Source: Bigelowiella natans CCMP2755
Taxonomy: Eukaryota; Protista; Cercozoa
Direction: 5' to 3'
Assembly: GCA_000320545.1 (NCBI GenBank)
Contig: ADNK01002886.1
Location: 1-33,843, forward strand
DNA: 33,843 nucleotides
Shown here: piece by piece, positions 20,475 to 32,668 of the stretch
Layout: each line of letters begins with the position of its first letter
How positions within the stretch are numbered: the first letter of the stretch is position 1
Translations under genes and position numbers: made by a program
The notes under the pieces: generated by a model
The model's database searches: none
The model's input: the letters and a program-made list of their open reading frames with translations, nothing else
What the model was told of the DNA's origin: nothing

Positions 20475-20983
20475 CGCGCACGCGCGTGTTTACGTGCATT
20501 TGTTGGGAAAAAAGTACCGGTATACGGAATGCACCACACATTGGTGCCAACTGCATGACAGCTACGGTAGGAACCACCAGCAGTAATACTCACTGGAATG
20601 TGAAGGTGGTTTAACAGACTGCAATTTCCTGCCGTTGTGTTGATCATTAAAACATACTCGGCCCCGAAGGGAGCGCAAAAAATGTTGGACCCCACAGCTT
20701 GACAACTTGCGTACGCCTTTTCCACATTACTTATAAGGGGTTCGATGATGGTCTCTACAGCATCGTTTGTAGTGTCGATCTTGATGAGGGGGGTTGTAGC
20801 GCCACTCTTACCATACGGAGGACACCAAATTGTAGTGCCGACGTAGGCACAAGTCTGGTAATTTTCATCGTTTAGAAAGCTGGTGTTCATCAGCTGGTAG
20901 GACCAACTAGCCAAACTGCGCATCGGCATCATGAGGACTAGCAAAAGCAGTGCATGTGGAGGAGGTCGAGTAGCAGGAGCCAT
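17222..20983 (-). CDS. Putative type-I membrane/surface protein: signal peptide, Cys-containing (probably beta-propeller) repeats, Ser/Thr/Pro stalk, SEA-like segment, TM helix; possibly damaged
   Basis: ATG at 20983 (MAPATRPPPHALLLLVLMMPMRSLA); repeated C..VGT.(I/V)(W/F/Y)C.P(Y/F) motif; SPSASPITDSPTTD repeats. Small downstream exons splice in frame (VAPTTSPTVEKEWTAS, GTFEQDLRFEFRTAIARSAKC, TWIKSIIPGSIVVNG, INVGLVIGIVVAIFAIICFIAG|YYFRNC) to a TGA at 17222-17224. Fold names are inference; the 3' end is uncertain. Confidence 0.7.
19345..19650 (-). repeat. Coding minisatellite, 42-bp unit, about 7 copies (mucin-like stalk)
   Basis: Plus-strand unit GGGGCTGTCGGTAATAGGAGATGCCGAGGGGCTGTCAGTTGT encodes 14-aa SPSASPITDSPTTD on the minus strand. 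Confidence 0.92.
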
Positions 20984-21104
20984 CTCGCAGTTATGGTTTA
21001 ATGGCACGGTCGGGCTTTCAATGTGAAAATCTCCGTTGTTCAATTTGCTTTGGTGGAAATGGGCGACATGACTTGTTCGCAGAAGAGCCGCATATGCCCA
21101 GAGG

Positions 21105-21150
<46 letters not shown>

Positions 21151-21423
21151 TTTTTTTCTATTACGCGCTAGTATACAGTATGCTCCAGTTACCACTGAAT
21201 AGAAGGCTTAGAAAGCATCAAACTAGATAAACTGATATGGGAGACTGAAATTGGATGCGGACACTCATGAGCAAAACACGGATGATTTTTGTCCTGCAAA
21301 TGCCCGTTTAACATTAGATATTAATCTTGCTGCGATTTATCACGAGGGCTACATTGTTATTTGTACTAGCTTAGAAAGCTGTATCTTACAATGAAGGAAA
21401 TTCGTTGTTTGAACTACTACTAG

Positions 21424-23000
21424 GTTAGAAAACAACTAGATCTCCCACCAGGCCGCGTAGGAGCGATAGGCTTGAGAGAGACAGCAGCTTACATGAAAGA
21501 CGGTGAAGATTATCTGAAAGGTAAGATGAAGATAAATCATACTGATTTATACTGTTATATGCTATATATAAGTATGACTCATATTTTGTTTCCAGAGCGT
21601 GTTGAAATGCACGGTCCGGTCTTTAAAACTGGGCTATTTTTCCGCCCAACAGTGATGGTAGGCTCAAAGGCTGCAGTCCGCGACTTTCTACCTGTTGAAC
21701 CTAGTGTCTCTGAAAGTTCTCTACCTCCATCCTTTGTCCAGCTTCATACGCCTTACTCGGCGCTGAATCAAAAGGGAGATCAGCTTAAGGCTACCCGTGC
21801 AGTTTACTCTGAAATTCTTGGCAAGGAAGCTTTGTTGAGCTATTGGCCACAGATTCGGGCAAATATGGTTCAATCGGTGGAGGATGGTCTTTCAGCATAA
21901 TCCAATGGAGACAATATAAGGACACCAATTCGTGACGGAGTGCTTGGCCTTTACTTTCAACTGTGGATGGGTTTGAACGTGAACGACAGAAATAAAAAAC
22001 TTTTTACGGATTTCAATGCAGGACTACTATCCCCTATGCCAATAAATCTACCATGGACAGCATTTGGCAAAGCAATGAGAGCTCGTGAAACAATATGCGC
22101 GGAGACGAAGGCACTTATCGAGTCTCATATCCGTGATGGAAAAAACCAAGGTTTTGACTTATTTACGAAGGTACTCTCTCAAGCAAGGGACGAAAGCGGC
22201 AAACCCTGGAGCACACACCGTATGTCGATAGTAAGCTTGCTATTTGTGTGGGGAGCTTACGAGGAGACTGCTGCCGTGATAACCAACACATTGAGATTGC
22301 TAAGCTTGCACCCCGAATATGTGCCCAAGATTCGAAAAGAGCTTGAGGAATTCGCGCCTAATGGTGTAGGAGAGGCTTCGTTGAAAGACTTGGCCTCGAT
22401 GAGGTAGTGATAGGATAAAACAAAGAAGGAAAGCCAGATGGATCTTGTTGATACGTGCACGCAATAATATATTCTGTATAATGCTGCTAAATCACTGTGT
22501 GTATTACTAATAAGCAGAGTTTTTGCTGAAAAGCAGTGTCTATTCTTCTTATTCCTCCTCCTCCTCCTCTCAGCTTTCTTAGGGCATGTGTCAAGGAGGG
22601 AATCCGATTAATACCTCCAAGTGGTGGTGGCATGAGAGTAACAACTCAAGATATTGAATTGGCTGGTTATCGTATTCCAAAGGGCTGGGTAGTTACTGCA
22701 GATCCACGAATAGCTAACAAGCAAGAAGATATCTTCGGAAGAGATATCGACAGCTATAACCCCGAGAGGTTCATTCAAAAGCGCTTTACTTCAAACGAGT
22801 TTTTCCCTGGTGGAATAGGATCGCATGCTTGCCCAGGAATTGAAATGTCAGAATTGGTTTCCATGACATACTTAGCTTCTTTCATGGAGAATTTCAGCTC
22901 GTGGGAACAAACAGCTGGGACTAGCTTAGCTTGGAGTTACATTCCTTTCCAAGTAATGACAAATTTTCAGGTAAACCTAAAGCGCCGCACTGATCCATAG
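21424..23000 (+). pseudogene. Cytochrome P450 (CYP120/CYP26-like) with an in-frame TAA; pseudogene or sequence error
   Basis: Exons 21424-21520 (LPPGRVGAIGLRET), 21596-22403 (HGPVFKT; TAA at 21898-21900 with the same frame resuming) and 22574-23000 (KEGIR = ExxR, PERF, FFPGGIGSHACPG heme Cys). A first exon may lie at ~21059-21103. Subfamily assignment is from memory of motifs. Confidence 0.85.
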
Positions 23001-23289
23001 CTCCCCGGCAAACAATTTGTCTCCAAAAAAACCTTTTCGTAAAATAGAATTTTAAAAATAGACATCCCAAAAATCTTCTCCTTAAATGGAATTATAGATA
23101 TGTAAACGGTAGATAAGGAAATTCCCTACAAATGTCACATTTATACATATTTGTATGTTTGTTGAGCGCCCATAAAGTCTTAGCTACTGTAGAGATCAAT
23201 GGCATAGTAAAATGTTTGGTCAGTAATTTTTTTGGTCATTATCTTCACAATCCATGCCTCCTACGGCACATATGAATATCTGAAATCGC

Positions 23290-24320
23290 CACGTGTGCTG
23301 ACCGACACATGCATGACAATGAACAACGTGACACATGGTATATGTGTGACTGCGGTGTTCCTTCTCAACTGCTTTCTGGCACTTTCTCAAACGGTCCACG
23401 ATCCGAACGTATTGCTGTAACTTATGTACCGTTTGTGCTGGGCATCGCACAGCAGCGTAGTCTAGTAGTGCCGCATGGAAAACGGCGAGCCACACGTGGA
23501 ACGTTCTTCAACGTTCAAGTAGGGGCACCTAGTCGGAGGCGTTCTGGCTTTATGCATTCGGACGTCGAGACAAGTTGTCATTGGTAAAGGTTTCCTGTTG
23601 GCGCGGCAAAACTTTTGGAAACTTGTGTCCTGCTAGGCTTTGTTGTGCCCTGTTGGGAGTGATCAACGTGCGCACATGATGCTGCTAAGTGCACAACACA
23701 ACGTGACGGGGCACCAAAGCGAGCATGTCTAACAACAGCATGCGTGCGCAAGCAGCGACAAAACAAAACGGTTGCGATGACTCGATGACCACTTGCATTG
23801 TGTGTCGCATTGGCACTCGAATCGAACTGTGTCATCGCACTGCAGTCGCATGTTTCTTTGGAGTGCGGGCCCCAGCAAGGTCTCAAGCTAGCAGGTCTTT
23901 GTAGTTATACATCATCCTGATATGTACACACATGTCGCGCCTGCAGCTGTGCGCACGCTGAGCACGTGTGACATGGCAGAATGGCAGATGCGCATGGAAC
24001 CGGCCATGCAGCGCTGCAGCGTGTAGCGCACACATTGGCATTTGAAGCTACACGTGCCATGCGCATTTGCAGCGTTGCGATGCACATGTCTAGATGTGTC
24101 TCTATTCATCACTGCTTGCATGCATGAACAGTACTAGAGCACTATAGGAGCTACATTCAACTAGTAAATTGACCATTCGAAATTTTTTTTTTCTTCGATG
24201 CATCCGTCTCATGAACGCGGTTTTGGCTCACAATTTCATCAATGAAGCGAGCTAAAGCTACGCACACGTTCATGTGCTGACGTATCATCTATGCTGCAGT
24301 CATATCGTGCTGTCTATCTC
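23290..24320. other. TpA-depleted island 2
   Basis: Hand count for 23590-23890: 4 TA, all preceded by C (2 CTAG, 2 CTAA); dense TGCA/CATG/GCGCAC; edges are gradual. Confidence 0.75.
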
Positions 24321-24415
24321 TGATGAAACCAGATATCGAACATGTTGACTGCTCGAGGGACATGATTATTTACTCCTTCCATTAGGTGCGTACTATCCGA
24401 ATCTACATACCGTAA

Positions 24416-26125
24416 TTAGTTTATGCCCCTGATCGCTGAAGGAATATTATATGACCACTGGCAGATGGGTATTGGATGTGGTTTTGGATACACGTCATGA
24501 GAGCAGTTCAGTCTCGGCAATCCAAGTACTCCCAAAACTGCATCATATACGCGGCAACTAACGTCTCGCATTGCGAAGTCATTATCCCTTACATCCGCGA
24601 GAGAGCAGTTCATACCCTTGGCGGAGTTGTGAGAAAGACATATTCCGAATGGTATTGCCCCATCGCTGAGTCCACAGAGAGGTGATGTACCACTTGCCCA
24701 ATCCATACCTGCATGGCCAATAAGAAGCACTTCTCGTGGGTCAACGGAAGGGTCGCGCATTTTCCATGGTGCAGGTGATAAAATCAAACCCTTCCCGTAG
24801 TAGCAACTAGGACACCATTTATTTTCAAGCGGTTTGAATTCCTGCATGGCTTGCATACTTGCGTTCGAGACAAGCTGTAACGTAAAAAGATCCCACCAGT
24901 AATTCGCTAAGTTTTGACCCGTGCTGGCAATGTTACCGCAGGTCCACCCATTTAAACATGAGTATTGAATCATGTCCGAATACAAATTGTATGAATAAAT
25001 TTTGGAGTACACCGCTCTATAGCTAAGGTATTGGTGCGATATATTATCATATTTGGTGCACGGCCCTCCTTTTGGAAAGATGGTATCAACGTATCTCGAT
25101 TGGAGATTTTCTGGTATTATTGCTTTTTGATCGAAATCCTCCCAACTCTCAAAACCATGAACCTAATGATGAGGGTGGGCCGAAAATGAAAAAGAAATAA
25201 CAACAGTTAGAAGAAATATTATTGAGGCGGTAAGCTTTCTACAGTAGTCAATGCTCGATGATCTGTTTCAGAAAATAAAGGATGTTACGTTTACGTTAAC
25301 TGACCTCTACTAAAGCAAGTCCAAGGAGCATATAGCCAATTGAAGAGTAGTATGCACAAGATCCTGGCTGGAAGAATAAGTACACGAATGAGAATTAACA
25401 TTTTTCTTCACCAGAGAAGTCGGTGTAATGTTTAGCGCATTAGGAATAATTCTATTCGTTGTTGCTACCTGACAGATAAGTGTTTTGTTGACGCTCCAAA
25501 TGTAATCTATCGGTGTAATATCATCATTGGGATGATGAATAGTAAATTGTGCAGCAGCTTCGTCGTCGTAATCCTGAATACCACTGGTCATTGACATTAA
25601 ATGATCGATTGTCACATCTTGCACGCTGCTTCCCCATAGGCTGCCCATGCTGCTCTTATTTAGTCGCATCAAAACAGGGTCAACATATTTCGAGGCTCTG
25701 TCTTCCAAAGACATCAACCCCTTCTCGCAGCATTGCAATATCGCAGCTGCTGTCCAACTTTTGGTCGTGGAACCTGAGGGAATGCGAGTGTGTGTGGTTA
25801 TTGGAACTTTGCTCCAGATATCGTCCACTCCAGCCACTAATGACGAAGAACCGATTTGATTCGAGAATCCGAAGCTGAACGACGTATTATATAGCTGTGC
25901 AAATTCGTCCAATATCGGCTGCACTACTGCATTGATGTCATCAATTACAACTTGCTCTCGAAGCTCGACACCATTACTGGGTTCAACGGTAATCGGCGTG
26001 AATCTTGCTATTGAGCTCTCAAAATAGTCTGATCTTGTATTCGTAGTTGCAGAATATCGTATACGGCTCACTTTTAAGGGTAAAGGCTCACTCACAGCTA
26101 TGAGAAGAAAGTAAATAGTAAGCAT
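24416..26125 (-). CDS. Secreted beta-lactamase-family (class C/AmpC-like, SxxK) serine hydrolase
   Basis: Signal-like start MLTIYFLLIAVS (ATG 26125); GSTTKSWTA (SxxK), VTIDHLMSMTSG, PGSCAYYSSIGYMLLG, GHAG. Exons ~26125-25469, ~25368-25306, 25162-24416. Confidence 0.88.
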
Positions 26126-26292
26126 GGTTTTCCTGATTGGCCCCATGGGGTGGTGGCCGGATGGCCTGATGGGATGAATACATGGCGCGACTTGATGCTC
26201 GTTGAGAAAAGAAACGCAACTGATTTTTACCATGCGACAACACTATCATCTGTGACTAGCTAGAAAATCCTGGGAAAAAAATGACTGAAACG

Positions 26293-26466
26293 CCGACACA
26301 TTCGGACAAAAATAAATTTTGCAGATCATCTTCGGATGGAAACATATCGGACACATTATTCGGACAAAAATTATAGGTCATCTTCGGACACATGTCGGAC
26401 ACCTTCGGAGACTCTAGATCTAAGAGACACATAATCTTCGGACACATTCGGACGCGTCATCCGACA
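26293..26466 (+). repeat. Cluster of short TCGGA(CA) direct repeats
   Basis: Nine TCGGA copies between ~26302 and ~26452, mostly TTCGGACA, plus an inverted TCCGAC at ~26460. Confidence 0.8.
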
Positions 26467-26836
26467 TAATTTATTTATTTATTCATATGTAAAAATAGAC
26501 TACATAAATTTACATATTTTTTTTCATGAAATAATCTATAAATTTTCTCAAGCAACCAAAGTCTCCGATCGAAGGAGGAACAACAGACAACAAATAATGG
26601 CTTTGGTTTACATGTTACGACAACACATTGTGTGTGTGTTAGTGAGTGAGTGGCAGGTTATTGTCGCATTAGACGTCAGTACGAGTAGCACTAAGTTACG
26701 AGTACTAAGTTGCCGAAGCTAGTCGGACATTACTGCAGAGTAATAACAACGGAGGGGAGGAGGAGGAGGAGAAGAGGGTAGCAATTGAGAATGTAGTTGT
26801 CGTAGCTGCTTTTCAGCGCCAATTTCAGAACGGAAA

Positions 26837-29076
26837 ATGAGGCCCATCTCTTGCGACTTCCGTGTTGAATGTGGGAGGTGCGAACAAGAGGAGGAGCGTG
26901 CAGATTGCCAGGTCATCTGCACTATCTTCACATTCAAGGATACTCAGATTCATGAATGTTCACATGGATTTGTTATGCTCGTTTGTGCGCGTTTGTGTTT
27001 TGAGATGCGAACATGGGTATGGCTTGAACATGCACCGATGAAAAATGAACAAAGACTAGAAATATCATTGTGCACAGGAGAAGCTCTGACGAGTTAATTA
27101 TTCTTCTACTGCTTGATTAGATTCTTTGGATAACATGGACAGTACTTTATGGATTGGTAGGCGCAGGGATGCTTTGGCAGAATTTCTTCCATGATTCAGG
27201 GCAACCTAAGCTTCTAAAAAGGGTGACGATCAAATAGAATTTGAAGTCTAGAATCCGTATATATATCGTTCTTTTATGTCAGTCTTGCTCCTTTTCAGAC
27301 AATAGATAATTATTTGTATTGAAGTTTTTGCTTTTTTAATCAAGGTTCTAAATCTGTGGGCTATTGCATGCTTCTTTCGCGTGGGGGGGGGGGTACGTAG
27401 CACAAAGGATGTTATCTAATACTATTCGACATGTCTTTCCTTTGAAACTATCTGCGAAAAACAACCAATAGTAATATGAAACTTGGTTATTTCCAATGCA
27501 GAAAAGGCACTTTCACTTCACTCATTTTTCATTAATAATATTGTTGCAGACAATTCTCTCTTTGCAAATGGACACGAAGGTATGTACCGTTGCTTTTTAT
27601 GACATACGTTGTGAGCGCATAGAACATTAGAAAGCATCATCAATTGGCGTTAGGTTAATCCTATTATAATGGAGTTTCTATGGCACGTGGTGTGGCTCTC
27701 TGGATGTTTCGCCCTAACGTAGCATTCATACAATATGTACTATGTGCTAAATATGGAAACCAACGATGATAAACAATTGATCTTAAAATATCTTATTGTA
27801 ATTACGAGAGCAACAATTTTGCGTAAAATCTAAGATAAAATTTATGGAACGTGATTGATATGAGCTATTATCTTAGTATCCTCTCCAAGATCATAATATA
27901 CCTTCAGCAAACAGACTCATAGTTTCATATCAACATGTGTGCGCGCGCATATGTGTATGTGATTATGTATGATTAGTGTTGTTGTCTTCGTGGGATATAT
28001 CCTCTTTCTGGATGTTGTAGTAATAATAATATAATAATAATAATAATAATAATGATGATGATATTAGGTATTTCATCGTCATGTTGATGAACGCAGTCTT
28101 TTCTGCTGTCGGGAGAAAGTTCGAGTCACGATATGCGGTCATTGGAAGAAATTATGGGAGTATTACTAGACTTTATGTGGAATTTCCTCTGTCATCTGAA
28201 AATGGCATGTAGTGTCTTAACACTACTACAATGTTATGTTCTGATTGAGTCCTCTTGTTCGTCATCATCTACAAATTGTTGTGCTCATCAGGTTGCGACG
28301 GTTGTAAGTTTCTTCAACGCCATATGGGCGATGGTATTCTTGGTGTTGTCGATCTACGACGGTTCTCAGGATGGCTGGCCTCTGTCAACAAATAGCGTGC
28401 AGTGGTGTGTATTTTTTATTATCTACACATGCTACAATAAACTACTACTACTACTACTACTATTACTACTACTGTTTCAACCTGAATCTCACTTCATAAG
28501 GGCAGCAGCAAGCCATCCTCCCACTCCTACTATTACGACCTTACTGCTACTACCAATACTGCTATTTGTACCACGCAGGTTTTGTTGGATGGCATGTGCT
28601 CTTTACTTGTTAGCAGGCACTTCGTATGTTGTCAACAGATTTTCATCATTTCTCACTTCCGAAAACGGGAGGGGGGTTAATCCCGACGGCAAGGTGTTCG
28701 TGAGACTACTGACAATTTTCCACACCACAATAGTATTACATTGAGAACAATGAAAACTACATAATTATTATTTTCAGATGCTATGTAGAAACATCTGTTT
28801 AACTCTCCCTCCCCCCCAAAAAGAAATCTCTCTCTCCTTGCCAGCCATCACCAATTTCCTGAAATGATAAAAAATTGTCCATCCGTCGTTCTTTGAGTGA
28901 GGTTTACTAATTGTGTGATGTTGTGTAAGATCTGGCAGCTCTTTATGGATTTGAAGCTGTTTTCACGTGCGATCGTTGTGGGACTGGCTGCATACTCAGG
29001 ATTGCTGTTTAGTTTAGGGGTCTTAACCTCTTTTTATCGGTAAGGCGGAGTACTAATATATCTATATCTTAATGTA

Positions 29077-29120
<44 letters not shown>

Positions 29121-30194
29121 GAACACAAGGAGACCGAGAGACCGAGCGAGAGAGAGCGAGAGCGAGAGAGAGAGAGAGAGAGAGAGAGTTAGAAACGGGG
29201 AAGGACACTAGAATGTTTCTAAACATGATCACTGCTAAGCAGCTGCTACATATAACACAAAAAATAGAATGATATTGATGAATGACGACGATGTTGAAAA
29301 GGGTCGATATATTGCTTGGTTTTAGCATTAAGCGAAGCTTGTCGTTCATTATCATAATATCATTGAAAACTTATGTCTCACAGAAATTCCATCGATTTAA
29401 CGGCCGAAATCATCGTCACATGTCTTCATCAAGTCGGGATGTTATGCATGGGCATCGGAATGCAAGTTGCGATTGGTAATATATGCAGCTTTTGTAAATT
29501 GTGTGATGATGGCAACAAGATCGATAGTGATGATACGAAGATTTTATTGTTGATGATGGAGACGAGGGGGGGGGGCATAAAAACACTTAGAGTGTTTCAG
29601 ATTATTCGGTAATTATTATTACAAAAAATTAGGACATTTCAACTTTCCCCTGAGGAGTAATCCCGGCCCCAAATTGAACCAATCCTCGAATAAAGGCAGC
29701 AGCGACACCATTCCAATGCATACGATTGGGAAAGAGGGAAAGAAAGATGACAGTCATTTCGCACTGTTTAGATTCAGTCCAAAGCAACAGATTCGGTAAC
29801 AAAATAAAGGAAGGGAAGAGAGATAGAAATGATGGGAAAGTGGGAGGAAGACTTGGTAAAAGACATTATTTTTTCAGTAAGCGTCGATTTATTGGTGGAA
29901 TGATTACTATGATCACAACCTCCATGAAAATCGCGAAGAGGAGAAAAAACATTGGGATTTAACTTGGTTTAAAAGTTTCTTGTCGAGTGCGGTTGCAAAT
30001 TGAAGCTTTGTTGCAAAAGATTCCACTCCACATAATTCACCATCGGAATCAATTAAATACAATGTGCACATTAATGTCACACGTTTTAGTATTTTTTTTT
30101 TCATTTTTTGGTTTTCAGCCGCCCCAATCCAGTAATGGGTTACTCTCCTGCTCAAATACGAAGACAAGTGAAAAGCGAAGAGGGATTTAATTAG
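26837..30194 (+). CDS. Multi-pass membrane protein of unknown family (possibly 7TM-like), many micro-exons
   Basis: GT-AG splicing gives a continuous frame: MRPISCDFRVECGRC...DCQ | ILWITWTVLYGL | VLNLWAIACFFR | TILSLQMDTK | VNPIIMEFLWHVVWLSGCFALT | YFIVMLMNAVFSAVGRKFESRYA | VATVVSFFNAIWAM | VLLDGMCSLLVSRHF | IFIISHFRKREGVNPDGK | IWQLFMDLKLFSRAIVVGLAAYSGLLFSLGVLTSFYR | NSIDLTAEIIVTCLHQVGMLCMGIGMQVAI | GHFNFP... | RPNPVMG...GFN* (TAG 30192-30194). The start codon is uncertain. Confidence 0.7.
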
Positions 30195-30289
30195 GATCAG
30201 CAGTAGATCAAAAAAACAATAAAGGTGCGCAAACGATGGAAAGGAATAGTCAGTTTTGAATTAGCATTTATTGTGTGCTGATCTATTGT

Positions 30290-31570
30290 TTCGTCAATCT
30301 AGCGTTGCTAGACTTTACGTTGTCCCATCTCCGATCTGGGCGACCATCATCATGAGTTTGGTAATCATCACGCTCACTGCACTGCTCAACGGGAATCGAT
30401 GCGAGAATGTATATATAATACAGCCCGAAATCGTGATGATGCCATGCTAGTATGTCACATGTAATAGACACACAGCAATGCTGCATGTTTCACATCTACA
30501 TGTGTACTCTAGCTCTGCTGCTCATACATCAGATGATGAATGCACGCAACCTCACCACAAATTGACAAACAATGCCAGAATGCACTCTAGCAATGCTCGA
30601 CTGATGCACGTGAGTTAGCTACATGTGGCTAGCAAAACACAGCAGTGGATTCCACTTCATGATTTTCTAGCTTTGGTTGACTCAACCAGTCCTAGAGTCA
30701 AAACGCCGCCAAGACGTGAAAACAAACCGTGCAAGCCTGCTGGCCTGCAGGGTGGCGAAAATTGGCAAAATCAAAGCAATTTCTGAACCTGAACACCAAC
30801 GGTTGTGACGTGCTGAATGATGTGTGGAACAACTAGACAGCACCCACTCCAGCACTGCTAGCCAGCTGGACTCCAGGACTGACTGAAAACCTGAGACCTG
30901 AGACCTCGATGCCTACTAGCCTAGCTCCAGAGCTAGCTAGCTCTGCTGTTTGTGCCAGTGTGGCAAAGACGGCAAGATCCATGTTGCAGACAGGGAATCC
31001 CATGCGTGCATGGCATGCAGCACATGTGACATTCCTGTGTCCATTGCAAGTGCACATGGCACATGCCCGTGAGCATGGTGTGCACGCATGGCTAGATGGT
31101 GTTCCTGTGTCCATCGCACTCCATCACATCCAAGTCAACGATGTGAACAACCTGAAACTCCAATGTGAAGCATCTGTCTATCTGTCTAGCTGTGCGTGAC
31201 ATCGCCCTATGTTGGGAATTCGCAAAAGGCTTCTTGAACTTCGATTGCAACAACGTGTCGCACACCCAGACGTTTGGTCTGAACTGGTGAAGCATTGAAG
31301 CCACTTGGCTAGTTGGCCATCGATTCAACCACACACACCCCTCTGGAACGATCAGACGAATGCATCATTTACACCATGACTAGACCTAGAGACAGTCGAG
31401 GCAGAGGAGCACTGTGGACACAGCATGCATGTAGACGATCTGTGCCTGGCTTGCCAATTGTGGCTGGCTGGGTGATTGCAGGTGGTCGAGTTCTTCCGAG
31501 CGGCAACGCCGATGAACAATGAAGAAGAAAGCGTTGAACCGAAGTTGAAGATTCGAACGTTGGAAAAACA
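30290..31570. other. TpA-depleted island 3
   Basis: Hand count for 30661-31140: 10 TA, of which 9 are CTAG and 1 is CTAC. Confidence 0.85.
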
Positions 31571-32272
31571 ACGTACGTAGGGCCAGCAGCAGCTACGTCT
31601 CCCTTGGTTTTTTAGGTAATTTGCGCTCCAAAAACCATACGACCACGTTGAGCTCGTAAACAGATGAGCGCGTGTTCTTGTAAGAGGTGGAAAATCATGT
31701 GCGACAAGGAATTAAACCCATATCTTGAATCAAACGGTGCGTACGATTCGCAATTTTGGGGGGGTTTGGGATGGGAAGTGTGATTTGCTACGAGAACAAA
31801 TTGCTAAAAAAACTGACGTAAATGTTGCAACGACAACAAAAAATACAAATAATGAAAAGAAAAGTACGTCATTACGATGCGCGAAAAAATAGCCAACTCG
31901 CTCGATAATAACGATTAGGGTTGTGTATGTGTGCGTGCGGCGTTGTGGTTGGGGGGGGACGCGAGGCCGTGCTGTGGAGAGCGCAGAGATCGCGTTTGAT
32001 TTGGGCCGTGTTAGACGGTGGGTTAGGTTGGAGAAAGTATAGAAACCTTGTAGAAGTGGTCGGTGAGCTTTAACAATGATACAATGGGCTCAAATTACGA
32101 GTGTGATACAAAAAATTTTAGTGGAGACATCTTTGTATTTATTCTATTTGCTCGGATATATGCTTACTCCACAGTTTCTTGACACAGTATTTAGCAGTCA
32201 CTTATCGTTGTGGACATATCTGCAAAATCAGGTTGCTTTCTATTCTATATCAAGCTGTATATCGATCGAAAC

Positions 32273-32624
32273 ATGGAACGCCTAAACAAGATTACGGGAC
32301 AAATGTTCCCTGCTGGCGACAAGAAGGACCAGATTATTAAGGCAGTTGAAGCCAAAGGATCTCGTCCGCACAGGGTAATGATGACAATCATTGAAAATAG
32401 TTGGTGCTGTGATGTGGAAGGAAGAGTATTCTAGGCCCTCCTTACTAACTTCTCCTTCCACAATGCAGGTTGGTATCTTGACTGCTGGAGGACTTGCCCC
32501 TTGCTTATCCTCTGCTGTCGGAGGTTACTCGATGTACAATAGTTTCTCTACGTTTAGAACCTGCAAAGAGTTCAAACACAAACGCATTATGTTACTTTCT
32601 AGTTGATTTAATGATAACACACAA

Positions 32625-32668
<44 letters not shown>

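Noticed and set aside
19873-21900. Alternative genetic code suggested by in-frame TGA (19873) and TAA (21898)
   Set aside because: TAA ends IleRS and the hydrolase, TGA ends pol, and the long conserved exons contain no internal stops; isolated lesions are the simpler explanation.
23220-24121. His/Cys-rich ORFs in islands 2 and 3 (also 30833-31334) considered as metal-binding proteins
   Set aside because: TA loss removes TAA stops and converts Tyr to His/Cys, which inflates such ORFs on both strands; no motif spacing was recognised.
24416-26125. Antibiotic-resistance beta-lactamase or bacterial contamination
   Set aside because: The gene has spliceosomal introns and only family-level SxxK motifs, which esterases and peptidases share; its activity cannot be inferred.
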